Shown here one piece after another: positions 1 through 9,363 of a stretch of 54,928 nucleotides of DNA. The position numbers and the translations under genes are program-made. Origin of the DNA: Bacteroidota bacterium (GTDB taxonomy: Bacteria; Bacteroidota; Bacteroidia; 2-12-FULL-35-15); the NCBI GenBank assembly GCA_043742725.1, contig JAYTXX010000141.1, positions 1 through 54,928 of the forward strand, given 5' to 3'. The notes beneath the pieces were generated by a model, which did no database searches, was not told the origin of the DNA, and saw only the letters and a list, made by a program, of their open reading frames with translations. Numbering within the stretch: position 1 is the first letter of the stretch; the number at the start of each line of letters is the position of its first letter.

Positions 1-136
1 AAGTTCGGATAATGATACTTTGTTGTACAATTTATATAGTTCACAACAAATTGATGTGGCTTCAAATCAACATTTTCAAAATGGTTGGCATGAGTTGAAA
101 AATTTTAATAACGGATTAATTATTCTTTCAAAATGA
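1..136 (+). CDS. 3' end of an upstream gene truncated by the window edge (hypothetical)
   Basis: Frame from position 2 is open (SSDNDTLLYNLYSS...NGLIILSK) to TGA at 134-136, which overlaps the next ATG (ATGA), typical of translational coupling. Confidence 0.65.
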   Translation, partial: SSDNDTLLYNLYSSQQIDVASNQHFQNGWHELKNFNNGLIILSK

Positions 137-1506
137 TTGTAATTTTTTCCTTAATTATTTCGTTTTGTATTGCTTTTGTTTTGTTATTTTTTCTATTTCA
201 AAAACAATTAGAAAACAATTTCAGATTAATTTTCAATCTTTCTTTTCCAACAAGTATAGGCATTTCATCAGTTTTTTTTATTGTTCTTAATTTATTAAAA
301 GTTAAATTATATTTTATCGTAGGAATAGAATCAATCATTTTATTTTTTTTATTTCTAAAATTTTATAAAACGAAACAAACAATTTCGCTGAAAGAAATTT
401 CTATTACATCGTTATTTCAACAACACATTATTTTTATTTTATTGTTTGTTGTTTACAGTTATTCTTGGTTGATGGATGTTGGAATATTTTATTTCGATAG
501 TATCAAAGAGCCTCACGGTTTGTGGGATGCGTGGTCGTATTGGAATATGAAAGCAAAGTTTATTGCGCGTGCTCCAACTGTGTGGACAAATTGTTTTAGT
601 CAATTTAATGCGGAAGATTTTCATGGCGATTATCCTTTGTTGCAAAGTGCTTTTATTGCTCGCTGTTGGATGTTAATTGGTAACGAAACTGTTTGGATTC
701 CGATTGCTTCGGCATTTGTTTTCACCTTTTGCACAATAGGTTTATTGTCATCTGCGGTAAAATATTTTACTAATAAAACGCAAGGATTGATAGCGGGATT
801 AATATTGCTTTGTACTCCTTTTTATGTTACAATGGGCGACTCACAATATGCAGATGTTACATTGGGATTTTTTTTCTTGGCAACTTTTGTGATGTTGGCA
901 TTTGCAGACAATGTTCAAGAAAATAAAAAATATTTTTTGATTGCTTCAGGCATATTTGCAACAATGGCGGCTTGGAGCAAGAATGAGGGATTGTTGTTTT
1001 TGTTATGTTTAATTGTTGCGCGCGTAGTTGTAAAAATAAAATCACCACGCTTTTTATGGCAAGAGTTAAAATATATTTTTTTAGGAATGCTCCCAATATT
1101 GTTATTGATAATTTACTATAAAATGGCTGTTGCCCCAACGAATGATTTATTAAAATCACACGATGTTTCTGCTATGCACAAAGTAGTAGATTGGGAACGT
1201 TATAAAATAATTGGCGCTTGGTTTTTGGAACGAGTTACAAATTTTGGAGAATGGATTGTAAATCCTTGGTGGATATTTTTAATTGTAATAGTTGTAAATG
1301 GTATTTCAAATAAAAATAATATTGCTTATGGCTTTGTGCTAATTTTATTAATGTTGATTGGTTATTTTTATTCCTATATTATTTCTTATCACGATTTGCA
1401 ATTTCATCTTTCTACTTCTCTCCATCGCTTATTTTTTCAATTATTTCCATCGTTTATTTTTTTATTTTTCCTTCTCTTAAAAACAAATAAAAAAAATTAT
1501 TTATAA
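133..1506 (+). CDS. Multi-pass GT-C fold glycosyltransferase (ArnT/PMT, GT39-like)
   Basis: Many TM helices; loop motifs WDAWSYWNMKAKF, DYPLL, YADV and WSKNEG typical of lipid-linked sugar transferases. Confidence 0.7.
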   Translation: MIVIFSLIISFCIAFVLLFFLFQKQLENNFRLIFNLSFPTSIGISSVFFIVLNLLKVKLYFIVGIESIILFFLFLKFYKTKQTISLKEISITSLFQQHIIFILLFVVYSYSWLMDVGIFYFDSIKEPHGLWDAWSYWNMKAKFIARAPTVWTNCFSQFNAEDFHGDYPLLQSAFIARCWMLIGNETVWIPIASAFVFTFCTIGLLSSAVKYFTNKTQGLIAGLILLCTPFYVTMGDSQYADVTLGFFFLATFVMLAFADNVQENKKYFLIASGIFATMAAWSKNEGLLFLLCLIVARVVVKIKSPRFLWQELKYIFLGMLPILLLIIYYKMAVAPTNDLLKSHDVSAMHKVVDWERYKIIGAWFLERVTNFGEWIVNPWWIFLIVIVVNGISNKNNIAYGFVLILLMLIGYFYSYIISYHDLQFHLSTSLHRLFFQLFPSFIFLFFLLLKTNKKNYL

Positions 1507-3509
1507 ACGATTAATTCTAAATCATCATACAGAGTAGTTGGTTTTGATGGATTCCATAAATAAATTTTCAACTCATCATTTGAAGTTTTAAAAGAAGGGA
1601 GAACGAATTGAAATTCTATTTGTTGCCACTTGCTGGAGGATTTTAAATAATCACTTAAAAAATAATTTTGATAAAAAACGGTTTCTTTGGCGTTGGTAAT
1701 TGCCGCTACCAGTTGCACTTTATCTATGTTTGTGTCGTTCCATATTTTAGCACTAATTAATGCTTTTAAGTTTGTTGTGCTTTTTAATTCGCTTGCTTTA
1801 AAACGAAATGTAGTTCCGTATTCAATAGTAGAATCGAGCATTGCAGCTTGTGGTGGAGAAAAATATTTTTTAGAAAATGTCCAGCCAGAAACAACATGAG
1901 CTGTGTCGGTTATTGGTTCATCGAATGAAATAGTTTGGGAGTACAATGTATTTTCAACAGAAATAGATAAAAACTCTTTTAGTGTTTTTGAATGCATTCT
2001 GCTACTGCGTTTATAAAAAGTTACCCTTCCTGTACTTGCTACTTTTTCCAATAATGAAGTTATAAGCGGATAACTTTTAATAACGTCTGATACTAAATAA
2101 TTGTCTTGAATAGCAACATAATCCCATTTGCACCAAAATAAAGAAGTTGAAATATTTTTTTTAGTTGTTCCTAAAACTGTATAACCTTTTCTATTCATTA
2201 AAATGAGAGAAACATTGGTTGTATATGCATCAATCACTAATATTTTGGCTTCTTTCGAGATTTTATTTCTATCTAAAAAATTTTCAGTTCCAATAAAGTT
2301 TTGCCGTGTAATTTCTGTTCTATCCCAAGGTCCTGTTGAATATCGTTCTGCTTGAATGTTTTTTGAATTTATAAAAAACAAAATACTTATAATTGAAAAA
2401 ATAGAGTTCCAAATAATTTTTTGGAACAGTTTTTCTATTTTAATGTTTTTTAATAATAGTATAAAAAGTAATATTATGGGTACAAAAAATGAATCTAGAA
2501 AATAATAATCGTGTGCGTAATATTGTTTCGCCATTGCTAAAAAATATAGCGATGAACCACAAAATGTAATTAAAAAAAATGACCAATATTTTTGCTTGCC
2601 CCTAGCTTTTTTATACTTTAATAATACTACAATTGTGTAAACTACGCAACTCAATAAAATTAAATAGTGCCACAATGTAAAATAATGAAATCCCCAATGA
2701 TTATACATTTCAGCTACTATTTCTTTTAATTCATCAAAATTTTTAGCAGGCATTAAATAGCTTAAAAACATGTTTCCATACAGCTTTCCTAAATGAACAT
2801 TATAAAGGTAGTACCCAACAAAAATGAACATACTGGTAGAAAATATAACTAATTCTTTGTTGTTTACTTTTTTGTTTTTTAACCACGAAAACAATATCAA
2901 AATAATTGAAGTAAGTAAAAAAATCAAGAAGGGTAAACGAATAAGTGTTGCTAAAAGAAAAAACAAAATAGCGAGTATAAAAAATCGAATTTTATTAGAT
3001 TCATTGTACAACACGAAATAATAAAATCCTATAAAAAAAAACGAAATTGCTGGAATACTTGGAATAAAGCCTATTTGATAATAAGTGTAAACGGGAGAAA
3101 GAAAAACAAATAAGGTAATAAAATATGATTTTGTTTCTGAATTAGTAATTTTTTTTGTTGTGAGAAAAAGAAAAATTAATCCAATTATACTTATTGTGAG
3201 CGTATATATTCTAAAAATAAATGGACTTGTAGTTCCAAAAATCTTCATGAGTAAAGCAACAATAAATTCATTTATTGGAAAATCTACTCGCGTGATGCCT
3301 TCTGTTGTTTGTAGATTAAATGTTTTTGGGTGAAACAAATCAAATCCATTGCTTATAAAATTTAATGCAAGTGCATACCTGTCGCTCTGTGTCCAAGAAT
3401 GTATGAATGCAGGAAATAATACTATTGTTTGCGAATACAGCAATACACTTAAGCAAATCAGAGAAACAATTAATGTGCTTATAGATATGACATTTCTTTT
3501 TTTGTACAT
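1497..3509 (-). CDS. ArnT/GT39-like membrane glycosyltransferase with a soluble C-terminal beta-sandwich-like domain
   Basis: HSWTQSDRYALALNF...DFPINEFIVA first-loop motif, many TM helices, HDYY motif, hydrophilic C-terminus ending YDDLEL. Confidence 0.7.
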   Translation of the reverse strand: MYKKRNVISISTLIVSLICLSVLLYSQTIVLFPAFIHSWTQSDRYALALNFISNGFDLFHPKTFNLQTTEGITRVDFPINEFIVALLMKIFGTTSPFIFRIYTLTISIIGLIFLFLTTKKITNSETKSYFITLFVFLSPVYTYYQIGFIPSIPAISFFFIGFYYFVLYNESNKIRFFILAILFFLLATLIRLPFLIFLLTSIILILFSWLKNKKVNNKELVIFSTSMFIFVGYYLYNVHLGKLYGNMFLSYLMPAKNFDELKEIVAEMYNHWGFHYFTLWHYLILLSCVVYTIVVLLKYKKARGKQKYWSFFLITFCGSSLYFLAMAKQYYAHDYYFLDSFFVPIILLFILLLKNIKIEKLFQKIIWNSIFSIISILFFINSKNIQAERYSTGPWDRTEITRQNFIGTENFLDRNKISKEAKILVIDAYTTNVSLILMNRKGYTVLGTTKKNISTSLFWCKWDYVAIQDNYLVSDVIKSYPLITSLLEKVASTGRVTFYKRSSRMHSKTLKEFLSISVENTLYSQTISFDEPITDTAHVVSGWTFSKKYFSPPQAAMLDSTIEYGTTFRFKASELKSTTNLKALISAKIWNDTNIDKVQLVAAITNAKETVFYQNYFLSDYLKSSSKWQQIEFQFVLPSFKTSNDELKIYLWNPSKPTTLYDDLELIVYK

Positions 3510-3531
3510 TAATTTGAACTAAAAAATAATT

Positions 3532-4521
3532 TTAGGAAAGCAAGTCAGTGAGTAATTTCATCTCAATTGCTGGCGACATTTTTTCGTATAAAATTCTATA
3601 AACAGCATCAGTAATAGGAATTTCAACATTGTATTTTTTATTTATTTCGTGAATACATTGTACTCCATAATATCCTTCAGCCACCATATTCATTTCCATT
3701 TGTGCATATTTTACAGAATATCCTTTTCCAATCATGTTTCCAAACATTCTGTTGCGGCTAAATTGCGAATAAGCTGTAACCAGCAAATCTCCAAGGTATG
3801 CAGAGCTTTTTATATCTCTATCAATTGGATGAACTTTGTCAACAAATCGTTTTATTTCTTGAATAGCATTGGAAATTAATACTGCTTGAAAATTATCGCC
3901 ATAGCCTAATCCGTGACAAATACCACTTGCAATTGCAAAAACATTTTTCAGTACTGCCGAATATTCTGTTCCAAAAATATCATCGGAAACAACTGTTTTA
4001 ATGTAGCGACAATTTAATTGCGATGCTACATAAGTAGCGTTTTCATTGCTTTCAGAAGCAATGGTTAAGTAGGAAAGTTTTTCCATTGCAACTTCTTCTG
4101 CATGGCAAGGACCAGAAATTACACCAATGTTTTCTATCGAAATAGCATATTCAGTATTAAAAAATTCGCCAACTATTAAATTATGTTCAGGCACAATTCC
4201 TTTTATAGCAGAAAATACTTGTTTGTTTTTAAAATCATCAGCTGTTAAACCAGAAAGGGCATCTTTCAAAAAGGCAGAAGGCACAGCCATTATCAATATA
4301 TCAGCATTTGCAATTACAGTTTTCAAATCAACATTCAACACTAATTTATTCGTTTCAAATTCTACTGAAGTTAAATAATTTGGATTGTGTTTAAATTTTT
4401 TGATGTGTTCAATTGTTGTTGCATTGCGTATCCACCAATGTACTTGAGAGGCATTGTTGCAAAGCATTTTTACTATTGCTGTTGCCCAGCTTCCACCTCC
4501 TATAACTGCTATTTTTTTCAT
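3532..4521 (-). CDS. gpsA: NAD(P)H-dependent glycerol-3-phosphate dehydrogenase
   Basis: GGGSWATA Rossmann motif, SGPCHAEE, LKNVFAIASG, GDLLVTAYSQFSRNR, VAEG. Confidence 0.97.
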   Translation of the reverse strand: MKKIAVIGGGSWATAIVKMLCNNASQVHWWIRNATTIEHIKKFKHNPNYLTSVEFETNKLVLNVDLKTVIANADILIMAVPSAFLKDALSGLTADDFKNKQVFSAIKGIVPEHNLIVGEFFNTEYAISIENIGVISGPCHAEEVAMEKLSYLTIASESNENATYVASQLNCRYIKTVVSDDIFGTEYSAVLKNVFAIASGICHGLGYGDNFQAVLISNAIQEIKRFVDKVHPIDRDIKSSAYLGDLLVTAYSQFSRNRMFGNMIGKGYSVKYAQMEMNMVAEGYYGVQCIHEINKKYNVEIPITDAVYRILYEKMSPAIEMKLLTDLLS

Positions 4522-4595
4522 TTAAAATTCCTAATTAATACACATTTACAAATCGCATACTTTTATTTTACTTGATTAAATATAATCTAATTGGT

Positions 4596-4952
4596 TTACT
4601 TTTCTTGTTGTTTTCTCCAAAGCCTTTCTAAAGCCTTATCTCCCTTAATGTAATAGTAATCTAATCCAGCTGGTGCCAACCATTTAATCTCTTTTGTATG
4701 TGTAGTGATTTGAGTATGAGATTTTATTTGAGGTAGATTACTTTGCCCATACCAATGTCCACCAGTAAATACCATAGTATCTGCCATTTCTTTGGTTATT
4801 TCCCTATTGTTTTCCCAATCAAAAGCAACTATATCTGTATTAGGCTTTTGTTTAGGAGGATCAGGTTGAGGTGGTATATCCCTCATTTCATATAGGAGAA
4901 AGGGTACCAATAATATTAATAAAAGTCCCTTATTTTGTTGGAGTACTTTCAT
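4596..4952 (-). CDS. Small hypothetical protein with an N-terminal membrane anchor
   Basis: 118-aa ORF, ATG start, hydrophobic N-terminus then Pro-rich linker; overlaps the upstream ORF by 23 bp. Confidence 0.6.
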   Translation of the reverse strand: MKVLQQNKGLLLILLVPFLLYEMRDIPPQPDPPKQKPNTDIVAFDWENNREITKEMADTMVFTGGHWYGQSNLPQIKSHTQITTHTKEIKWLAPAGLDYYYIKGDKALERLWRKQQEK

Positions 4953-5196
4953 AGATAATTTTATTAAATTGGAATTTAGTAAGGTTTGAATCTACTTTGA
5001 TTGAAGATTTAAAATTGGGTACCATTAAATACATTCCCGGATCATCGGTATTTGCCACTGTGTCTAACTTTACTACATTGGTTCTAGTGATAATGCTGTA
5101 ATGGATTTGGATATCTGCTTTTGGAATGGTATATCCAATATATATTCCAATTGAAAGGGATAGAATGATAATAGATATAAGGATAATTTTTTTCAT
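4930..5196 (-). CDS. Small hypothetical protein with a signal or anchor sequence
   Basis: 88 aa, MKK followed by a hydrophobic helix. Confidence 0.6.
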   Translation of the reverse strand: MKKIILISIIILSLSIGIYIGYTIPKADIQIHYSIITRTNVVKLDTVANTDDPGMYLMVPNFKSSIKVDSNLTKFQFNKIIYESTPTK

Positions 5197-5262
5197 GTTT
5201 CTTGCTTTTATTCCAATTATAAACGGAATTTTAATTCATTTAAAGCCCCTCCATTAGTTGTT

Positions 5263-5679
5263 TTAAAATTCATTTTGGTCAGTTTCCAGGTCTATAAGTT
5301 CCCAGTTGTTTATATCCGCCCAATCTTTACCATTCCATTTCATTTGTATTAGATAATATGTTCTTAATTGTGCTCCAAAAATATTTTGAGCATCTACATA
5401 AGATTTAATGATAAATTGATATGTTTCATTTGAAGCATAAAATCTATAATCAAATGCAGGAAAGTTTGCACTTGCAGGTGCTTTTAAGTTTTTTTCCATA
5501 AAAATTTTTGCAATCACATAAGCTTCTGTTTGCATTTCTTCAGGTTTTGCAGTTTCAACAGTACTTGAATTATTATTATTACATGCTTTGTAGCCAATAA
5601 ATATGATTGTAATTATAATTATTAAAAACCCGAAGCTAATTTGTGGTTTGATATTATTATTTGAAGTTTGTTGCGCCAT
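5263..5679 (-). CDS. Membrane-anchored hypothetical protein (possible lipoprotein)
   Basis: TM helix then YKAC; the pattern LKAPASANFP...SYVDAQNIFGAQLR resembles uncharacterised anchored proteins as I recall them. Confidence 0.75.
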   Translation of the reverse strand: MAQQTSNNNIKPQISFGFLIIIITIIFIGYKACNNNNSSTVETAKPEEMQTEAYVIAKIFMEKNLKAPASANFPAFDYRFYASNETYQFIIKSYVDAQNIFGAQLRTYYLIQMKWNGKDWADINNWELIDLETDQNEF

Positions 5680-5707
5680 TTTAAATTATACAATAAGTAA
5701 TTTATTA

Positions 5708-7426
5708 TTAATTTATCGGATGAAAAACAGGACCTTCTCTCTTCACCATATTTTTTTCGGTTAAAGAGGTTAATATTTTTTGCAATTGATTTTTTGAAAT
5801 ACCTGTTGTTTCACTAATGCTTGCTATTGTTGCTTGATTTTGTTTTGTTACTTCCGCTAAAATTTTTTGTTCATCTTCGGTTAAAATAATTGCAGTCTTT
5901 TTTATTTCTTTTACAACCTCTGGTCGCATTTGCGGAAAAAATAAAACATCTTGTATAGAATGTGAATTAGTCATTATCATTGCTAATCTGTCAATGCCAA
6001 TTCCAATGCCTGATGTAGGAGGCATTCCATATTCTAATGCACGTAAAAAATCATAATCAATAAACATTGCTTCATCATCTCCACGTTCCATCAATTGACT
6101 TTGTTCTTCAAATCGGGCACGTTGGTCAATTGGGTCGTTTAATTCAGAATAAGCATTTGCTAATTCTTTTCCATTTACCATTAACTCAAAACGCTCTACC
6201 AATCCAACTTTGCTACGGTGCTTTTTTGTAAGCGGACTCATTTCAATTGGATAATCTGTAATAAAAGTTGGTTGAATATAATTGCCTTCGCATTTTGCAC
6301 CAAAAATTTCATCAATCAACTTTCCTTTTCCCATGCTTGGTGCAACCTCAATGTGTAGCTGTTTACAAACATCACGTAATTGGTTTTCATCCATTGTGCT
6401 GATATCAATTCCCGTAAAATCTTTTATAGATTCAAACATAGTAACACGTTTGAATGGACGTTTAAAATCAATTACATTTTCGCCAACCTGCACTTTTGTA
6501 GTTCCATGCAAATCCATTGCAATTTTTTCGATTAATTCTTCCGTTACATCCATCATCCAATAATAATCCTTGTAAGCTACATACAGCTCCATTACTGTAA
6601 ATTCAGGATTGTGTGTTCTGTCCATTCCTTCGTTGCGGAAGTTTCGAGAAAATTCATAAACGCCATCAAAACCTCCAACAATTAAGCGTTTTAAATACAA
6701 TTCGTTTGCAATACGCAAATACATTGGAATATCTAAAGTGTTGTGATGTGTAACAAATGGACGAGCCGCTGCTCCTCCCGGAATAGCTTGTAATACAGGC
6801 GTATCAACCTCCAAATATCCCATTGCGTTATAAAAATCACGAATGGTATTCATCATTTTTGTGCGTTTTACAAACGTATCTTTTACTTGTGGATTTACAA
6901 TCAAATCGACATAACGTTGACGATAACGAAACTCAGGGTCGGTAACTTCATCAAATGCGTTTCCTTCTTCATCACGTTTTACTATTGGTAAAGGGCGCAA
7001 TGCCTTACTCAACATTTTAAATGTGGTAGCGTGAATTGAAATTTCGCCAACTTTTGTAATAAACACAAATCCTGTAATGCCAATAATATCGCCTATATCG
7101 GTATGTTTTTTAAACAATACATCAAACAATGTTTTATCTTCATTAGGGCAAATATCATCTCTGCGAATATATACTTGAATACGTCCAGAAGCATCTTGTA
7201 AACTCACAAAACATGCTTTTCCCATATCACGAACACTCATCACACGACCAGCAATGTTGATGTTTTTATATTCATTTTCTTTTTCTATCGAAAAATTGTC
7301 TAAAATGTTTTTTGCTGTTGCATTTATTTCAACTAATGGTGCTGGATAGGCATCAATGCCCATTTTAGTAATATCTTCAAGCTTTTGACGTCTTAATAAT
7401 TCTTGTTCACTATGTTCGGTACTCAT
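5708..7426 (-). CDS. lysS: Lysine--tRNA ligase (class II) with a C-terminal winged-helix-like extension
   Basis: OB-fold N-terminus, RYRQRYVDL, GGAAARPF, FRNEG, HNPEFT, YGMPPTSGIGIGIDRL, FFPQMRP. Confidence 0.98.
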   Translation of the reverse strand: MSTEHSEQELLRRQKLEDITKMGIDAYPAPLVEINATAKNILDNFSIEKENEYKNINIAGRVMSVRDMGKACFVSLQDASGRIQVYIRRDDICPNEDKTLFDVLFKKHTDIGDIIGITGFVFITKVGEISIHATTFKMLSKALRPLPIVKRDEEGNAFDEVTDPEFRYRQRYVDLIVNPQVKDTFVKRTKMMNTIRDFYNAMGYLEVDTPVLQAIPGGAAARPFVTHHNTLDIPMYLRIANELYLKRLIVGGFDGVYEFSRNFRNEGMDRTHNPEFTVMELYVAYKDYYWMMDVTEELIEKIAMDLHGTTKVQVGENVIDFKRPFKRVTMFESIKDFTGIDISTMDENQLRDVCKQLHIEVAPSMGKGKLIDEIFGAKCEGNYIQPTFITDYPIEMSPLTKKHRSKVGLVERFELMVNGKELANAYSELNDPIDQRARFEEQSQLMERGDDEAMFIDYDFLRALEYGMPPTSGIGIGIDRLAMIMTNSHSIQDVLFFPQMRPEVVKEIKKTAIILTEDEQKILAEVTKQNQATIASISETTGISKNQLQKILTSLTEKNMVKREGPVFHPIN

Positions 7427-7448
7427 TTAAAAAGGATTTATTTTTTGG

Positions 7449-7456
7449 CAAATATA
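7449..7456 (-). promoter_or_regulatory. Bacteroidota sigma-A -7 element (TATATTTG) for lysS
   Basis: Matches TAnnTTTG 22 bp upstream of the lysS start. Confidence 0.65.
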
Positions 7457-7556
7457 CAAGCAAAGCGTGAAATATGAATTTAAAAACTTCAATAATATCT
7501 CCACAAAAAATTGTATTTTCACATCCTCATATTATTAAAAATAAAAATATAAAGCG

Positions 7557-8540
7557 ATGAAAACATTGGTAGCAAATTTTTCAAAACAATTACAAGAAGC
7601 CATAAATATTGGAAGCAATGCTAAATTGACTGAATCTAAAAATAAAATTTCAAATGTATTGGTTTGTGGACTTGGTGGTTCGGGAATTGGCGGAAGTATT
7701 GTAAGCGAACTTGTAGTTGCAAACGCAAATGTTCCAATTAATGTTTCAAAAGGATATTTTATTCCAGCTTATGTGAATGAAAATACATTGGTAATTATTT
7801 CTTCGTACTCTGGAAACACTGAAGAAACAGTTAATTGTATGGAATTGGCAATTGCTAAAAATGCAAAAATTGTGAGTGTTACTTCAGGCGGAAAAGTTGC
7901 TGAAATTTCAAAAGAAAAAAACTATGATTGTATTGTTGTTCCTGGAGGAATGCCTCCTCGTTCTTGTTTGGGATATTCATTAACTCAATTATTTTTTATA
8001 CTTGGATTTCATAAAATAATTAATACAAATTACAAAGCAGAGCTTGAAGCATCAGCAAAATTGCTTGAAGTGGAGCAAAAAAATATAATTGCAGAAGCAA
8101 CAATTGTTGCAAAAAAATTGAAAGATAAAATTCCTGTAATTTATGCAACAACCTACAACGAAGGAATTGCAATACGTTTCCGTCAGCAGTTGAACGAAAA
8201 TTCAAAAATACTTTGTTGGCATCACATTATCCCAGAAATGAATCACAACGAATTGGTGGGTTGGACACAAAAAAACGAAAACTTAAGTGTTGTTGTTTTA
8301 CTTGATAAAGATGAATATTCACGCAACTTATCACGAGTTGAAATGAATAAAGAAGTAATAAAAAATTATACTTCAAACATTACTGAAATTTTTTCAAAAG
8401 GAAATTCAGTGATTGAAAAAGCATTTTACTTTGTTCATATTGGCGATTGGATTTCAGTATTGTTGGGCGAAATGAGAGGTGCCGATTTAATGGAAATAAA
8501 TGTGATTAATGCGTTGAAATCAAAACTTGCAAAACTATAA
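7557..8540 (+). CDS. Bifunctional phosphoglucose/phosphomannose isomerase (SIS domains)
   Basis: GLGGSGIGG, SSYSGNTEET, SGGK, PPR, QLNENSK, PEMNHNELVG. Confidence 0.93.
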   Translation: MKTLVANFSKQLQEAINIGSNAKLTESKNKISNVLVCGLGGSGIGGSIVSELVVANANVPINVSKGYFIPAYVNENTLVIISSYSGNTEETVNCMELAIAKNAKIVSVTSGGKVAEISKEKNYDCIVVPGGMPPRSCLGYSLTQLFFILGFHKIINTNYKAELEASAKLLEVEQKNIIAEATIVAKKLKDKIPVIYATTYNEGIAIRFRQQLNENSKILCWHHIIPEMNHNELVGWTQKNENLSVVVLLDKDEYSRNLSRVEMNKEVIKNYTSNITEIFSKGNSVIEKAFYFVHIGDWISVLLGEMRGADLMEINVINALKSKLAKL

Positions 8541-8616
8541 AAATTGAAATTTAGAGAAATGGGAAATTTGAAAGTGGCAGCATTTACTAATTCTCTAAAT
8601 CTACAATTCACGAATT
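8541..8616. repeat. Inverted pair of degenerate 8-nt-period tandem arrays (hairpin)
   Basis: Left AAATTGAA ATTTAGAG AAATGGGA AATTTGAA; right ATTTACTA ATTCTCTA AATCTACA ATTCACGA; perfect 10-bp IR ATTTAGAGAA (8549-8558) / TTCTCTAAAT (8591-8600). Confidence 0.7.
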
Positions 8617-8619
8617 AAA

Positions 8620-9321
8620 ATGCAACAAGTAAAATTTATTGAATTAGGATTGATTGACTACAAGCAAGCTTGGGACTATCAAGAAAAACTATTTGATGAA
8701 ATTGTTGCAACTAAAATTAACAACCGTAAACTTTCTGAAAGCGAACAACAACAAACAACTAATTATTTAATTTTTTGTGAGCATCCTCATGTTTATACAC
8801 TTGGAAATAGTGGAAAAGAGGCGCATTTGCTTGTTAATGAAAATCAACTGAAAGAAAAAAATGTGACCTATTATAAAATAAATAGAGGAGGAGATATTAC
8901 CTATCACGGACCAGGACAAATTGTTGGTTATCCTATTTTAGATTTAGATAATTTTTTTACCGACATTCATAAATATTTGCGTTTTTTAGAAGAAATAGTT
9001 ATTCGCACATTAGCTGAATATGGTATTGAATCGGGCAGAAGCAAAGGAGAAACGGGCGTTTGGTTGGAATCAGAAAATCCATCAAGAGCAAGAAAAATTT
9101 GTGCAATGGGCGTTCGTGCAAGTCGTTGGGTAACTATGCATGGCTTTGCATTGAATGTAAATACCGATTTGAATTATTTTGAAAATATTGTTCCCTGTGG
9201 TATCGCAGATAAGGCTGTAACTTCATTGAACAAAGAACTTGGAAGAAATATAAATGAAGAAGAAGTGAAACAAAAATTGAAAAAACATTTTGAAGATTTA
9301 TTTGAATGTAAAATAGTTTAA
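8620..9321 (+). CDS. lipB: Lipoyl(octanoyl) transferase
   Basis: EHPHVYTLG, RGGDITYHGPGQ, KICAMG, HGFALN, IVPCGI. Confidence 0.97.
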   Translation: MQQVKFIELGLIDYKQAWDYQEKLFDEIVATKINNRKLSESEQQQTTNYLIFCEHPHVYTLGNSGKEAHLLVNENQLKEKNVTYYKINRGGDITYHGPGQIVGYPILDLDNFFTDIHKYLRFLEEIVIRTLAEYGIESGRSKGETGVWLESENPSRARKICAMGVRASRWVTMHGFALNVNTDLNYFENIVPCGIADKAVTSLNKELGRNINEEEVKQKLKKHFEDLFECKIV

Positions 9322-9363
9322 ACCTTTTTCAATTCATATTGTTTTTAAACAGAATTAGTAAAA

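Noticed and set aside
7557-8540. Archaeal-type PGI/PMI as evidence of horizontal transfer
   Set aside because: The family also occurs in bacteria, and codon style matches neighbouring genes
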